Assembly: GCA_030607875.1 (NCBI GenBank)
Contig: JAUWJD010000004.1
Span: 68,605-132,604 of the forward strand
Direction: 5' to 3'
Length of the DNA: 64,000 nucleotides
Origin: Chloroflexota bacterium
GTDB lineage: Bacteria; Chloroflexota; Anaerolineae; UBA2200
The notes beneath the pieces are model-generated. The model did not search any database, was not told where the DNA came from, and was given only the letters and a program-made list of their open reading frames with translations. How positions within the stretch are numbered: position 1 is the first letter of the stretch; each line of letters opens with the position of its first letter. The position numbers and the translations under genes were made by a program. This document shows, piece after piece, positions 1 to 11,354 of this stretch.

Positions 1-1
1 C

Positions 2-325
2 AAGCCAGACTTGAAGCCTAGCCGCATCTATCGTTTATTGCATTATTACTCCCCGCAGGCGCTCATGGCTTTTTCCATCGCCTTGGATTCGCCAGCCGCT
101 CGTGACAACGTTCTTCTGTACCTGCGAAAGCTGCGCTGGGTGCGGCCGCACATCAAGGGGGGCTTTCTCAAGCAGCAGGGCATTCCGCCTGGCCCGATCT
201 ATGGGAAGATATTGGAGCAACTGCTGTATGCTCGTCTCGATGGCAAGGTGCGTACTGCTTCTGAAGAGGCAGCCATGGCCGAGAAGCTGGTTGCTGCCTG
301 GAAGAAGCGAAACTCGAAGAAGTGA
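2..325 (+). CDS. C-terminal fragment of a CCA-adding enzyme / poly(A) polymerase-family tRNA nucleotidyltransferase; the 5' end lies outside the window
   Basis: The ORF is open to the window edge. The tail GGFLKQQGIPPGPIYGKILEQLLYARLDGKV resembles the C-terminal LG-x-PGP-x-G-x-IL region of CCA-adding enzymes. Confidence 0.5.
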   Translation, partial: KPDLKPSRIYRLLHYYSPQALMAFSIALDSPAARDNVLLYLRKLRWVRPHIKGGFLKQQGIPPGPIYGKILEQLLYARLDGKVRTASEEAAMAEKLVAAWKKRNSKK

Positions 326-347
326 AAAGGCCTGTCAGGTCTAGCCA

Positions 348-1349
348 TTAGAAGAGCTTGGTGATTTCGTCTTGATCGAAGCGGGGCAGGTCGATGGTAG
401 CTGCCCCGCTCTTTAGCTTCAGCCCCTCATCAGCGCTTGTGACGTGCCCAATCAGAGCGCAGGTTACGTTTTCCCTTTGATAGACGGACAACAAGGCGGG
501 TGTCTGTTCGTGGGGCAGCACAACGAGCAAGGCGCCCGAAGCAATAATGCCCCATGGATTCAAGCCGAACTCGGCGCACAGCAAGGCGCACTCGGGCCAA
601 ACCAGGATGGCCTCCGCATCCACCCATACGCCAACGTTTGCAGCCCTGGCTAGTTCATGTAGGCCAGTAGCCAGGCCGCCCTCGGTTGGGTCGTGCATGG
701 CATGGATCACGACGGACTCGACTGCCAGGAACGCTTCACGCACGATGCTGATCCCAGGGTCGTAGAGGTACTTCTGGGCACGCGTTATCAAGCTTTGGGA
801 GTAGCCGCGTTGTCGTAGCTCTTCTGCCTTCTCGCGGGCCATGATCGCCGTGCCCTCGATGGCAATCCCTTTCACCAGCACGATGTCGTCACCGACGTGA
901 GCGCCGCCTGTGACGATGCACTTGTCCTTGTTCACCTCCCCCAGCATGTGGCCGATGGCCAGCGGGCGATCCAGGTCATAGGGCACCTCCGTGTGTCCCC
1001 CCACGATGGCGATGTGCAGCTCTCGACACGCAGCGTCAATCTGGCCAAAGATCCGCTGGGCCAGCTCAGGAGTGCTGCTTGCCTCCGGCAGGAGCAGGGT
1101 CACCAGCAGCCAGCGGGGCACAGCTCCGGTCGTGGCCAGGTCGTTGGCGTTGACCTGCACCAGGTACCAGCCGATTTCCTCAGTCGCGAAGGTGATGGGA
1201 TCTGTCTTCGCTACCAGGTAGCGGTCGCCAAGGTCAATCACCGCCGCATCTTCGCCGATGCGCGGTCCGAGCACCACCCGCTCATCAGGCCACCCCTGGA
1301 GCTGGAGCAGTTTGGCGAGCAAGTCAGGGTCTAGTTTGCCAACAGGCAA
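348..1349 (-). CDS. AIR synthase-related protein (PurM/HypE/ThiL superfamily)
   Basis: The 333-aa ORF has a GEDAAVI...VAKTDP N-domain motif and a DPTEGGLA C-domain motif typical of PurM-like ATP-binding proteins. Confidence 0.75.
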   Translation of the reverse strand: MPVGKLDPDLLAKLLQLQGWPDERVVLGPRIGEDAAVIDLGDRYLVAKTDPITFATEEIGWYLVQVNANDLATTGAVPRWLLVTLLLPEASSTPELAQRIFGQIDAACRELHIAIVGGHTEVPYDLDRPLAIGHMLGEVNKDKCIVTGGAHVGDDIVLVKGIAIEGTAIMAREKAEELRQRGYSQSLITRAQKYLYDPGISIVREAFLAVESVVIHAMHDPTEGGLATGLHELARAANVGVWVDAEAILVWPECALLCAEFGLNPWGIIASGALLVVLPHEQTPALLSVYQRENVTCALIGHVTSADEGLKLKSGAATIDLPRFDQDEITKLF

Positions 1350-1483
1350 CGTGCGGGAGGCTGACGTGGTGGATTTCCTTTCTTTCTTGATGCAGACTGG
1401 TAGTGGCGACTTGAGTCGTTCCCAACAAGGACCTCGGGCCAGCGACTGAAGCCGTCACTACAAGTGGCTTGCAGGCAGAATGG

Positions 1484-2707
1484 TTACGCGCCGAATTTGG
1501 CCAGGCGCAGAGCGTTGGCCAGAGCAAGGGGCATCAGATCGACAGCGTTCAAGTTCCCCAGCGCCCCACGGGCACAGGCACGCTCGCTGTACTCTCGAGC
1601 CTCATCGCAGCGGCAATAGCGCGAGTAAAGCATGGTTGGCACCGGATGCCAGCTATGTGCTTTCAGCAGAGCCGGCGTGGAGTGATCCCCGGTGACTATC
1701 ACTACGTCTGGTTGTAAGTCCAGAGCGCGAGGTACGTACGTGTCGAATTCCTCGATAACTGCCACTTTGCCTCTAAAGTCACCGTCCTCGCCTCTGCTAT
1801 CCGTATACTTGAAATGCAGGTAGAAGAAGTCATAGTCTGGCCAGAACTTTTCGAGGGTATCGAATTCGTCTGCCAGTGTGCTGCCGCTCGGCAGTGCGGT
1901 CATGCCGACGAGCTTGGCCAAGCCGCGATACATCGGATACACGGCAATGGAAGCCGCACGCAGCCCAAAGACCTCGCTCATACTGGGAATGGCTGGACGC
2001 TTGTCCAGGCCGCGCAGGAGAACCATGTTGGCTGGGTGCTGGTCTGCCAACGCCTGCTGCGCTTGCGCGATGAACTGATTGACCAGATCGGCTGTCGTCT
2101 GGGATGCCTCTGCATGTGGTGCGCCTTCCAAAGGGCGAATCGGCAGAGGTGGTACACCCAGTTGCTGTGGATCTGACTCGGTCAAATCACCAGCAAGGCC
2201 TTTGCCGCGCAGCACCAACACGAAGCGGTGCTCTTTCACCGTTTCAATGAACAGCTCGACTCCGGGCAGCTTCACCTTCTCGCGCAGCAGTCCTACCAGC
2301 TCAACGTTCTTTTCCGTTGGGATGCGGCCTGCCCGGCGGTCCGTGATGCGGCCCTCTGTGTCAACAGAGCAAAAGTTGCCCCGGGCGGCAATGTCCTGCG
2401 GCCGCAGGTCAAAGTCGATTCCCAGCGCTTCCAGAACGCCCCGTCCGATGATATAGCGGCAGGGGTCATAGCCGAAAACGCCCAGATGCCCAGGCCCGCT
2501 TCCAGGGGTGATGCCGGGAGAAATGGGAATGGTGAGGCCGCAAGTGGAGCTGGCAGCAAGGGCATCTAGGTTCGGCGTACTTGCTGCTTCCAATTCAGTC
2601 AGGCCACCCTCTTCCATGGGCAGCCCGCCGATGCCGTCCATCACCAGAAGCACGATCTTGGTGTCCGCACGAATGACCAGCTTGCGGATAAAGTCCAGGT
2701 CCGCCAT
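1484..2707 (-). CDS. apgM: Cofactor-independent phosphoglycerate mutase, archaeal-type (ApgM family)
   Basis: The 407-aa ORF has an N-terminal LLVMDGIGGLP motif and a C-terminal VTGDHSTP metal-site motif. It lies next to pgk and pyk. Confidence 0.85.
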   Translation of the reverse strand: MADLDFIRKLVIRADTKIVLLVMDGIGGLPMEEGGLTELEAASTPNLDALAASSTCGLTIPISPGITPGSGPGHLGVFGYDPCRYIIGRGVLEALGIDFDLRPQDIAARGNFCSVDTEGRITDRRAGRIPTEKNVELVGLLREKVKLPGVELFIETVKEHRFVLVLRGKGLAGDLTESDPQQLGVPPLPIRPLEGAPHAEASQTTADLVNQFIAQAQQALADQHPANMVLLRGLDKRPAIPSMSEVFGLRAASIAVYPMYRGLAKLVGMTALPSGSTLADEFDTLEKFWPDYDFFYLHFKYTDSRGEDGDFRGKVAVIEEFDTYVPRALDLQPDVVIVTGDHSTPALLKAHSWHPVPTMLYSRYCRCDEAREYSERACARGALGNLNAVDLMPLALANALRLAKFGA

Positions 2708-2768
2708 AGATGCTCCTCTCGTGAGTCATGAGTAGTGAGTCGCGAACAACGAGCAGCGACTCACGTGT

Positions 2769-3944
2769 CTATTTGTCCTGTAACGCGTCCACTCCGGGCA
2801 GGCCTTTGCCCTCCAGGAACTCCAGCGATGCCCCGCCGCCGGTGGAGATGTGGGTCATCTGATCGGATAGCCCGGCCTGCTCCACTGCAGCCGCCGAGTC
2901 TCCGCCACCGATGATCGTTGTCGCCTCGGTCTCGGCCAGGGCTTGAGCAATGGCTACCGTCCCCACCGCGAAGGCAGGAAACTCGAACACGCCCATCGGT
3001 CCGTTCCAGACCACGGTCTTGGCTCTCTTCAGGATCTTGATGAACTGTTTCACACTCTTTGGGCCGATGTCCAGAATTCGCCAGTCCGCTGGCACCTTGT
3101 CCACGGGGACTGTCTTGTGCTTGGCATCGGCGGCGAAGGCGTCGGCAACCACTACGTCAACGGGCAGCGACAACTTGTCAGCGGCGCGCTTTAGCAGATC
3201 CTTGGCCAGGTCCACCTTGTCGTCCTCCAGCAGCGACGCTCCCACCTCGTGTCCCTGTGCTTTGAAGAACGTGTTGGCCATGCCACCGCCAACGATGAGC
3301 TGGTCCACCTTGGGCAGCAGGTTCTCGATCACGCCGATTTTGTCCGAGACTTTGGCCCCGCCCAGTATGGCCACGAAGGGGCGGGTTGGTTCGGACAGCG
3401 CTTGACCCAGGAAGGTGATTTCACACTCCATGAGAAAGCCGGCAACAGCAGGCAAGAAATGAGTCACACCTTCTGTGGATGCATGGGCGCGGTGCGCAGT
3501 GCCAAATGCATCATTGACGTAGATGTCGGCCAAAGCTGCCAATTGCTTGGCGAAATCGCGATTGTTCGCTCGCTCTTCGGCGTGGAAACGCAGGTTTTCC
3601 AGCAGGACGACGTCGCCAGGTTTCATTACTGCCACTACCCGCTCCACGTCGCAGCCAATGCAGTCGTCCGTTTTTACCACTTCCGTGCACAGGAGTTCAG
3701 ACAATCGCTTGGCTACCGGCGTGAGGCAAAGGCCCTCGACCACTCTTCCCTTTGGCCTGCCCAGATGCGAGCACAGGATGACCCTGGCTCCTTGTTGCCG
3801 CAGGTACTGGAGGGTAGGCAGAACGGCTTGAATCCGTCTGTCATCGGTGATCTGGCCTGCTTCGTCCAGCGGCACGTTGAAATCCGCACGGACCAGGACG
3901 CGTTTTCCCGCGACCTGGATGTCTCTCACGGTCTTTTTGTTCAC
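2769..3944 (-). CDS. pgk: Phosphoglycerate kinase
   Basis: The 391-aa ORF contains [16 protein letters not shown] and GGGDSAAA motifs. Confidence 0.95.
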   Translation of the reverse strand: MNKKTVRDIQVAGKRVLVRADFNVPLDEAGQITDDRRIQAVLPTLQYLRQQGARVILCSHLGRPKGRVVEGLCLTPVAKRLSELLCTEVVKTDDCIGCDVERVVAVMKPGDVVLLENLRFHAEERANNRDFAKQLAALADIYVNDAFGTAHRAHASTEGVTHFLPAVAGFLMECEITFLGQALSEPTRPFVAILGGAKVSDKIGVIENLLPKVDQLIVGGGMANTFFKAQGHEVGASLLEDDKVDLAKDLLKRAADKLSLPVDVVVADAFAADAKHKTVPVDKVPADWRILDIGPKSVKQFIKILKRAKTVVWNGPMGVFEFPAFAVGTVAIAQALAETEATTIIGGGDSAAAVEQAGLSDQMTHISTGGGASLEFLEGKGLPGVDALQDK

Positions 3945-4055
3945 TTCTTCTCCCTTCTGACAAGTTCAGTGCGGCAGACTTTGCGAGTTTGACAAACTTC
4001 CAAGTCTTCACAGCTCCATAATTCTATCACCGTTGCGCCCGTGGCTGCAAAACGG

Positions 4056-5813
<1,758 letters not shown>

Positions 5814-5824
5814 AGGCGTGTCTC

Positions 5825-5880
5825 CTACTGTTTCGTGCATCGAAGGTGGCTGAACCTCTTTGGTCGGATACTTGCACCCC
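5825..5880 (-). repeat. Degenerate copy of the dispersed 5'-module (TGCACGAAACAGTA motif plus a diverged hairpin-element arm), abutting the pyk start
   Basis: The plus strand reads ctactgtttcgtgcatcgaaggtggctgaacctctttggtcggatacttgcac. Compare with the copies at 46678, 57041, 58189, 10198 and 43775. Confidence 0.5.
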
Positions 5881-6215
5881 GTTCGGGCCGCCTCGGCCGA
5901 AGGTGTCGGTCCCTCAGACGAAGGTGTCGTCCTGAGACAGGGGGAGCCCCCGTCAAGCGGGGACGAACGGCCCGCTGGCGCGAGACGGCCTGCGCTGTGC
6001 TCTGGCGAAGTGCGGGTGTTGAACGATATGAAGACGGCTGCGTAGGTTTAGCGATTGATGCAGTACTCCGTAATCCCGTTCACTGCTGAGAACGTCGCCT
6101 CGCCGGACCGCGCCCAGGTGATGGCAGGGCGCTTTGTTGCAGACGGCGAGACGCTTCGCAGAGTGCGCAGAAGGAATGAGACCTCTTTGTGTTCTCTGCG
6201 TGCTCAGCGGTGAAA

Positions 6216-7583
6216 TCAAAAAACAAAGATAAAGATCAGGTCATTGACGTTGGTATTCGTAGGACCGGTAATGATCAAATCACCGAGGGCCTGGAAAAAG
6301 TGATAGGCGTCGTTGTCCGCCAGATGGCTGGTGATGGATAACTCTTTTTGTGCTGCGCGGCTGGCGGTGCGCCCGGTGCAGATCGCGCCTGCCGCGTCTG
6401 TAGGGCCATCGGTGCCATCTGTGCCCAGGGCAATCACCGCTACGTTGTCCAGCCCGGCGATTAGTGGTGCTGCAGCCATTGCCAGTTCCTGGCTGCGCCC
6501 GCCCAGGCCCTGCCCGCGTACGGTGACCGTCGTCTCCCCTCCAGCGACGATGCAGGCTGGCCGGGGAATGGGCCGACCCGAGCTCGCGATCTCTCGCGCT
6601 ATGGCGGCAAAGACTTTGGCCACCTCCCGCGCCTCTCCCTCGACGAAGGTAGAAAGGAGCATGCTGTTCAGGCCAAGTTGACGTGCCTTTGCCTGGGCTG
6701 CCTGGGCTGCGTGTTCATTGCTGGCAATGATCACATTCTGTACACGTCGGAAGGCTTTGTCGTCCGCTTTGGGTGTCTCCGATATCTGGCCATCCATCCC
6801 CTGCTGCAGGTATTCCACGATAGCGGTTGGTACGTCATGCAGCAGGTTGTACTTGTCCAGCACTGCGTGGGCCTGGGCAAAGGTCGTCGGATCAGGGCTC
6901 GTCGGGCCAGAAGCGATGACATCCAGAGGGTTGCCGATGACGTCGGAAAGGATGAGCGCAATGACCTGCGCTGGTTGGGAAAGCCGGGCGAGGTGTCCGC
7001 CCTTGAACTGAGAGAGGTGTTTGCGGATAGAGTTGATTTCGTTGATCGTGGCTCCGCTGCGAAGCAGGGCCTGGGTGAGGATCGCCATGTCACCAAGGGT
7101 GATGCCTTCCACCGGCAGGGTCATCAAGGCCGAGCCCCCGCCAGAAATGAGACAGAATACCAGGTCTTTCGGACCGGCCTGGCGCAGTAGAGCAGCGATT
7201 TGCCCACTGCCCTCGACGCCGCGTGCGTCGGGCAGCGGGTGGCCAGCTTCGTGGATGGCGACGGTGCGTGTTGGCGCGGTGTAGCCGTCCTTGACGTTGA
7301 TCCAGCCAGCGGTAATGCCCTCGCCAAAGATGCCCTCCAGCGCCACAGCCATGGGCGCGCTTGCTTTGCCTGCCCCAACGACGTAGATGTGCTCGTACGC
7401 AGCAAGGTCATAGCGCTGCTCGCCCACTTGCAGAGCCTCGCCCTCCAGGCGGAGGGCCCGTTTTACTGCTTCTCCAGGATCCACGGCCTGCAGAGCGGCT
7501 TCCATGATTGCCAGAGCGCATTCTCCGGCTGTGGTTGGCAGGTCCAGTTCAAATGCGCTGACGGGAGAAGACAGGAGTTTCAT
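6216..7583 (-). CDS. Glycerate kinase, MOFRL family (glycerate 2-kinase / TtuD-like)
   Basis: GAGKAS and SGGGSAL motifs are present with a C-terminal MOFRL-like GTDGTDGPTDAAG. I chose the start at MKLLSS (GAGGG upstream). The 549-aa track ORF includes a Cys/His/Pro-rich, unlikely N-terminal extension. Confidence 0.85.
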   Translation of the reverse strand: MKLLSSPVSAFELDLPTTAGECALAIMEAALQAVDPGEAVKRALRLEGEALQVGEQRYDLAAYEHIYVVGAGKASAPMAVALEGIFGEGITAGWINVKDGYTAPTRTVAIHEAGHPLPDARGVEGSGQIAALLRQAGPKDLVFCLISGGGSALMTLPVEGITLGDMAILTQALLRSGATINEINSIRKHLSQFKGGHLARLSQPAQVIALILSDVIGNPLDVIASGPTSPDPTTFAQAHAVLDKYNLLHDVPTAIVEYLQQGMDGQISETPKADDKAFRRVQNVIIASNEHAAQAAQAKARQLGLNSMLLSTFVEGEAREVAKVFAAIAREIASSGRPIPRPACIVAGGETTVTVRGQGLGGRSQELAMAAAPLIAGLDNVAVIALGTDGTDGPTDAAGAICTGRTASRAAQKELSITSHLADNDAYHFFQALGDLIITGPTNTNVNDLIFIFVF

Positions 7584-7824
7584 ACTACCCTCGCTTTTGT
7601 ACATTCGAGAGCGTGTTCGCAAGACATCAATTGCACGCTCGCAGTGGCGGCCTTCGTCATGACTCTGGCTGACGCCGCGTGCCACGCTGCAGACGACCGT
7701 TATAGATTCTAGTGCAAAAGGATGCGGATGGCAAGGCACGGCAGGCCGGTATGGCACACATGGAGTATAATGGGATTTGCCCGGGGCCATGTGAGCGTGT
7801 ACGCATTTCGGAGGAGAGGAGGCC

Positions 7825-8187
7825 ATGAAGCCAAGAATCCAGGCTGCCAGCTTTGGCTCGATCACTATTCAAGGAGAGAAAATTGAGCATGACGTGATCA
7901 TCCGGCTGGATGGCACGGTCAAGAACCGGAAGAAGAAGCTATCCAAGAGCGTGTATGGTACGTCGCACCGCATTTCTCTGGCGGAGGCCCAGTATGTCTT
8001 TGAGGAGAGTGCCCGGCTGCTGATCATTGGCGCGGGGCAGTACGGCCTGGTGCATCTCGATGACCAGGCACAGGGATTTTTTGATGAGCGGGGCTGCCAC
8101 GTGCGCCTCCTGCCTACCCCTGAAGCCATCCGGGCCTGGAACAAGGCCGAAGGTGCGGTGATTGCCCTGTTCCACGTGACTTGTTAG
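7825..8187 (+). CDS. Mth938-like domain protein (DUF498 family)
   Basis: The 120-aa ORF starts with FGSITIQGEKIEHDVII, and its size and pattern match Mth938/NDUFAF3-like proteins. Confidence 0.55.
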   Translation: MKPRIQAASFGSITIQGEKIEHDVIIRLDGTVKNRKKKLSKSVYGTSHRISLAEAQYVFEESARLLIIGAGQYGLVHLDDQAQGFFDERGCHVRLLPTPEAIRAWNKAEGAVIALFHVTC

Positions 8188-8223
8188 CATGACCAAGTGA
8201 CCGGCACCTGCCAGGTGTGGCGC

Positions 8224-9363
8224 CTAGTTTTGCTGCCTTTGTTCTTGCGCGGCGAGGAGGGTATAGATCTCCTGGATGTGTTGGGCGGTAACGATACCGA
8301 TAAGTTGGCCCTCCGCAGTCACCGGCAGAGCCCGCAGCCCTGATGTCGCCATCACCTGGCGCGCGTGGACGAGCGTGTCGGTCGGCGGCAGCGACAGGAA
8401 ATCTTTCTGCATAATGTCCCCTACGCGTGCGTCCGGCCCGTAGGTTGCCAGGGCCGACCGGATGTCCACCTGGGTCAACCAGCCGACCAGGCGGTCCTCT
8501 TCGCCCACAGCAAATGGAGCCGCATGACCGTGCAACGCCCGTTCCATCACCACTTGCAGAGTGTCATCCGATGACAGTATTGGGCAAGGCGTGATCAGCG
8601 CCTGTCCGACCTGCATTTCCCCCAGTACGGCCTGTAGGTCTGTGAACCGTCCCTCCTGGTGCGCGCCTACAGAGACAAGGATGCCAATGAGAACCAGCAT
8701 CAGGTTCCCGGAAAGCAACCCAGCCACGGCCATGAGGCTGGATAATCCCTGACCTACGCGCACCGCCCACCTGGTGGCTTGACGCTGGCCTATTGCCCAG
8801 GCAAGGGTGCTGCGCAGCATTCGCCCGCCGTCCATGGGAAAGGCAGGGATCAGGTTGAACAGCGCGAGCAGGATGTTCGAAGCAAACAGGTTGAGGATGA
8901 AACCCTGCCAGGACGGCTTGCTCATCAGGTAGACGAGGTGTCCCATGCTCTTGATGAAACCACCTTTCACCATCAACAGCACCACCCAGCCCAGAGGGAC
9001 AGCGATGACTAGATTGACCAGCGGACCAGCCAGGGCCATCACAAACTCCTGGTAGGGTCTCGCTGGCAGCGCATCCATCTTGGCCATCCCGCCGATGGGC
9101 GAGAGTTCGATCTCGCGTACTTGCACGCCGTAGAACATGGCCACGAAGCTGTGCGCTAGTTCGTGCAGCACCACACACAGGAAGAGGACGGCAATCAGAG
9201 CGATGCCGAAGAGTGCGCCCGAGCTGCCCCGACGCAAAGTGACGCCCCAATTGTATGCTGCCCAGAGGATGACCAACAGGAAGGTCAGGTGGATCTTGAT
9301 CTTGATCCCACGTACCGTACCGAGTGTAAATGCCCAGTCCATCAGTTGTTTGTCGCCTTTCAT
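8224..9363 (-). CDS. Site-2 protease family (M50) zinc metalloprotease with a C-terminal CBS pair
   Basis: It has an HELAHSF (HExxH) motif within multiple hydrophobic segments, a downstream FNLIPAFPMDGG motif, and a CBS-like C-terminal region. An alternative start is 9342 (MDWAF). Confidence 0.8.
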   Translation of the reverse strand: MKGDKQLMDWAFTLGTVRGIKIKIHLTFLLVILWAAYNWGVTLRRGSSGALFGIALIAVLFLCVVLHELAHSFVAMFYGVQVREIELSPIGGMAKMDALPARPYQEFVMALAGPLVNLVIAVPLGWVVLLMVKGGFIKSMGHLVYLMSKPSWQGFILNLFASNILLALFNLIPAFPMDGGRMLRSTLAWAIGQRQATRWAVRVGQGLSSLMAVAGLLSGNLMLVLIGILVSVGAHQEGRFTDLQAVLGEMQVGQALITPCPILSSDDTLQVVMERALHGHAAPFAVGEEDRLVGWLTQVDIRSALATYGPDARVGDIMQKDFLSLPPTDTLVHARQVMATSGLRALPVTAEGQLIGIVTAQHIQEIYTLLAAQEQRQQN

Positions 9364-9486
9364 AGGTCCCTTGGAATGCGTTCGAGCTGGCCACTGCCCG
9401 GAGGATTGCCTGAAGTCATCTGAGCTGTGCTCGTAGTAACGACTTTAGTCGTTCCTGACCACTGAGACGAATACTACGGCGGCCCC

Positions 9487-10164
9487 TCATTGGGGCCTTA
9501 ATTCGCGAACGCCGGATTCGGCAGCCACATAGACCAGCGAGGCCAGGCCAATGAAGAGCCCATTCTCAACCACGCCGGGGATGAGGTTAAGTTCACGTTC
9601 CAGCTTCATTGGGTCGTCAATATGTGCAAAGTGACAGTCCACGATGTAGTTGCCTTCATCCGTCAGGTAGGGTTCAGCGCCCCGCAAGCGCAGTATGGGC
9701 TCGCAGCCAAGGTCTCTGAGCGTCCCCAGGTAGGTACCCCATCCAAAGGGGATGACCTCAACGGCAAGGGGGGACCGGCTGCCCAGCACAGGCACCAGCT
9801 TAGAGTCATCGACGATTATGATTTCCCGTCGCGAGGCACGGGCCACAATCTTCTCGTGCAGCAATGCTCCCCCCTGGCCCTTGATCAGCGTGAGATCGGG
9901 GCTCACTTCATCCGCGCCATCAATGGTCAGGTCGATCAGCGCATGTTCTTGCAGGGTTGTAAGCGGTATGCCCGCTTCTCTGGCCAGCTTCGCACTTCCA
10001 CTTGAGGTTGGCACGCCGATGATGTCCCGCAACGTTCCGTCGCGCAGGCGCTTGCCGATCATCTCAATAGCATAGCGCGTGGTAGACCCTGTTCCCAGGC
10101 CTATGACCATGCCATTCTCCACCCACTCGATCGCTTGGGCTGCAGCCAGTTCCTTCAAGTTCAT
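9487..10164 (-). CDS. rpiA: Ribose-5-phosphate isomerase A
   Basis: GLGTGST, DGADEV and KGQGGALLHEK motifs are present. I chose the start at MNLKEL. The 17-codon upstream extension (MMREAMNRQ, to 10215) runs into the dispersed repeat motif. Confidence 0.9.
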   Translation of the reverse strand: MNLKELAAAQAIEWVENGMVIGLGTGSTTRYAIEMIGKRLRDGTLRDIIGVPTSSGSAKLAREAGIPLTTLQEHALIDLTIDGADEVSPDLTLIKGQGGALLHEKIVARASRREIIIVDDSKLVPVLGSRSPLAVEVIPFGWGTYLGTLRDLGCEPILRLRGAEPYLTDEGNYIVDCHFAHIDDPMKLERELNLIPGVVENGLFIGLASLVYVAAESGVRELRPQ

Positions 10165-10197
10165 GTCCGCCTCGTTTCTCAAGCTTGGTTGCCGGTT

Positions 10198-10300
10198 CAT
10201 TGCTTCGCGCATCAACTGCCGAAGGATCCCACTTGGACGGGATTGCTAACTCCCTTTGGTTCGATTATCGCATGAAAACGACTGGCTGAGTTTAGCAATC
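10198..10300 (-). repeat. Dispersed element copy A: TGCGCGAAGCAAT motif plus a ~60-nt element with terminal inverted repeats (gattgctaac...gtttagcaatc)
   Basis: The sequence matches the copies at 57041-57117 and 58189-58263. The termini at 10241-10252 and 10288-10300 are complementary. On the rpiA-sense strand it contains TGcGATAAT (extended -10-like). Confidence 0.6.
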
Positions 10301-10545
10301 CGGTCGAGCGACGAACGGTTAACGCAGCACACTGTGGGTTGCCAGATGTCCCCGGCCAGCAGAAACACGTGCCAACACCATTGTACACTTGGTTCTTGGA
10401 TTGTCAATCGGAATGCGTAGGATGCAAGCTCTGCACTGAGGAGCAAACCCCAAGGAGGCAAGGCAGCGGCACACCACGGGCCTCGGCTCTGTCAGCAGGA
10501 TGGTTTGGCCTCGTGCTTGGCCAATTGATCAATAGCCGGGTCCCC

Positions 10546-11346
10546 CTACGTGCGCTGCTCAAGGCAGCGGCGATGGAACGCGAAATGTGTTCCGATGTGT
10601 TGCCGTACAAAAGCCGTGTCGTGTTCACCGCGGTAAACGTGGTATTCGAAGGGGATGTGCAACGACCGCAAGGCGGCAGCGAAAGCTTCGTTCTGTGGGC
10701 GGTCAAAGGCCTCTTCGGCGGTGCAGAACTGGAGAGCCGTGTTGGCCAGTTTCGCTGCCCAGTGCGTTGGGTTGTAGCGCTGCCAGATCGTCAGGTTGGA
10801 CCCCAGCAGCAGCTTCAGCCGGTAATAGTCTGGGAACATCTGCGCGATGTCCAGAGGACCGAGAAGCGATGACGCTGCGCCGAACACCTCGGGATGCTGG
10901 CCGGCAAGCAGCATGGCACCGTAGCCGCCCATGCTAAAGCCGCAGACGCCCCGTGCTGTGCGGTTAGGGATGGTGCGGTAGTGGTGATCCACGAATTCAA
11001 TCAACTCGAGTACATACTGACCATAGAGGGTAGCGCTCAGCATCGGGCTGTCCAGCCACCAGCCCTGGTCGCCGTCTGGGATGACGAGTATGGCCTCGCC
11101 CAGCATTGCCACAGCGTCTTGGAGACAGACCTCGCGAAGCACGGACTGGTGATCGTGCCCTGAACCATGCAGCAGGTAAAGCACCGGCCAGCGTTTGGTG
11201 GGCTGCTCGTGGTAGGCCGCAGGTAGATGGACGGCAAAGGTCATACGCTTTTGCAGTGCTTGGCTATGCCACTGCAGTGCCCGAAACCCCGCAGGCAGCG
11301 AGTTTCGCCTGAACTGCCCACGTAAGCGGAAAGGGATACGGTTCAT
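10546..11346 (-). CDS. Alpha/beta-hydrolase esterase (putative esterase / esterase D-like family)
   Basis: It has LYLLHGSGHDH and a GFSMGGYGA nucleophile elbow (GxSxG). I chose the start at MNRIPF. The longer track ORF would overlap the upstream EamA gene. Confidence 0.7.
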   Translation of the reverse strand: MNRIPFRLRGQFRRNSLPAGFRALQWHSQALQKRMTFAVHLPAAYHEQPTKRWPVLYLLHGSGHDHQSVLREVCLQDAVAMLGEAILVIPDGDQGWWLDSPMLSATLYGQYVLELIEFVDHHYRTIPNRTARGVCGFSMGGYGAMLLAGQHPEVFGAASSLLGPLDIAQMFPDYYRLKLLLGSNLTIWQRYNPTHWAAKLANTALQFCTAEEAFDRPQNEAFAAALRSLHIPFEYHVYRGEHDTAFVRQHIGTHFAFHRRCLEQRT

Positions 11347-11354
11347 CTGGGTTC

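Noticed and set aside
7584-7865. A 94-codon N-terminal extension of the glycerate kinase ORF; similar extensions occur at 30593-30823, 37491-37685, 43539-43718, 47946-48038 and 11347-11592
   Set aside because: The extensions lack homology-like sequence, overlap upstream genes or intergenic repeats, and internal starts with good RBSs give canonical N-termini.
10255-10272. A tRNA T-loop-like ggttcgatt motif inside the dispersed element
   Set aside because: No acceptor or anticodon arms can be drawn. The motif is part of the repeat family (copies at 57071 and 58225) rather than a tRNA.
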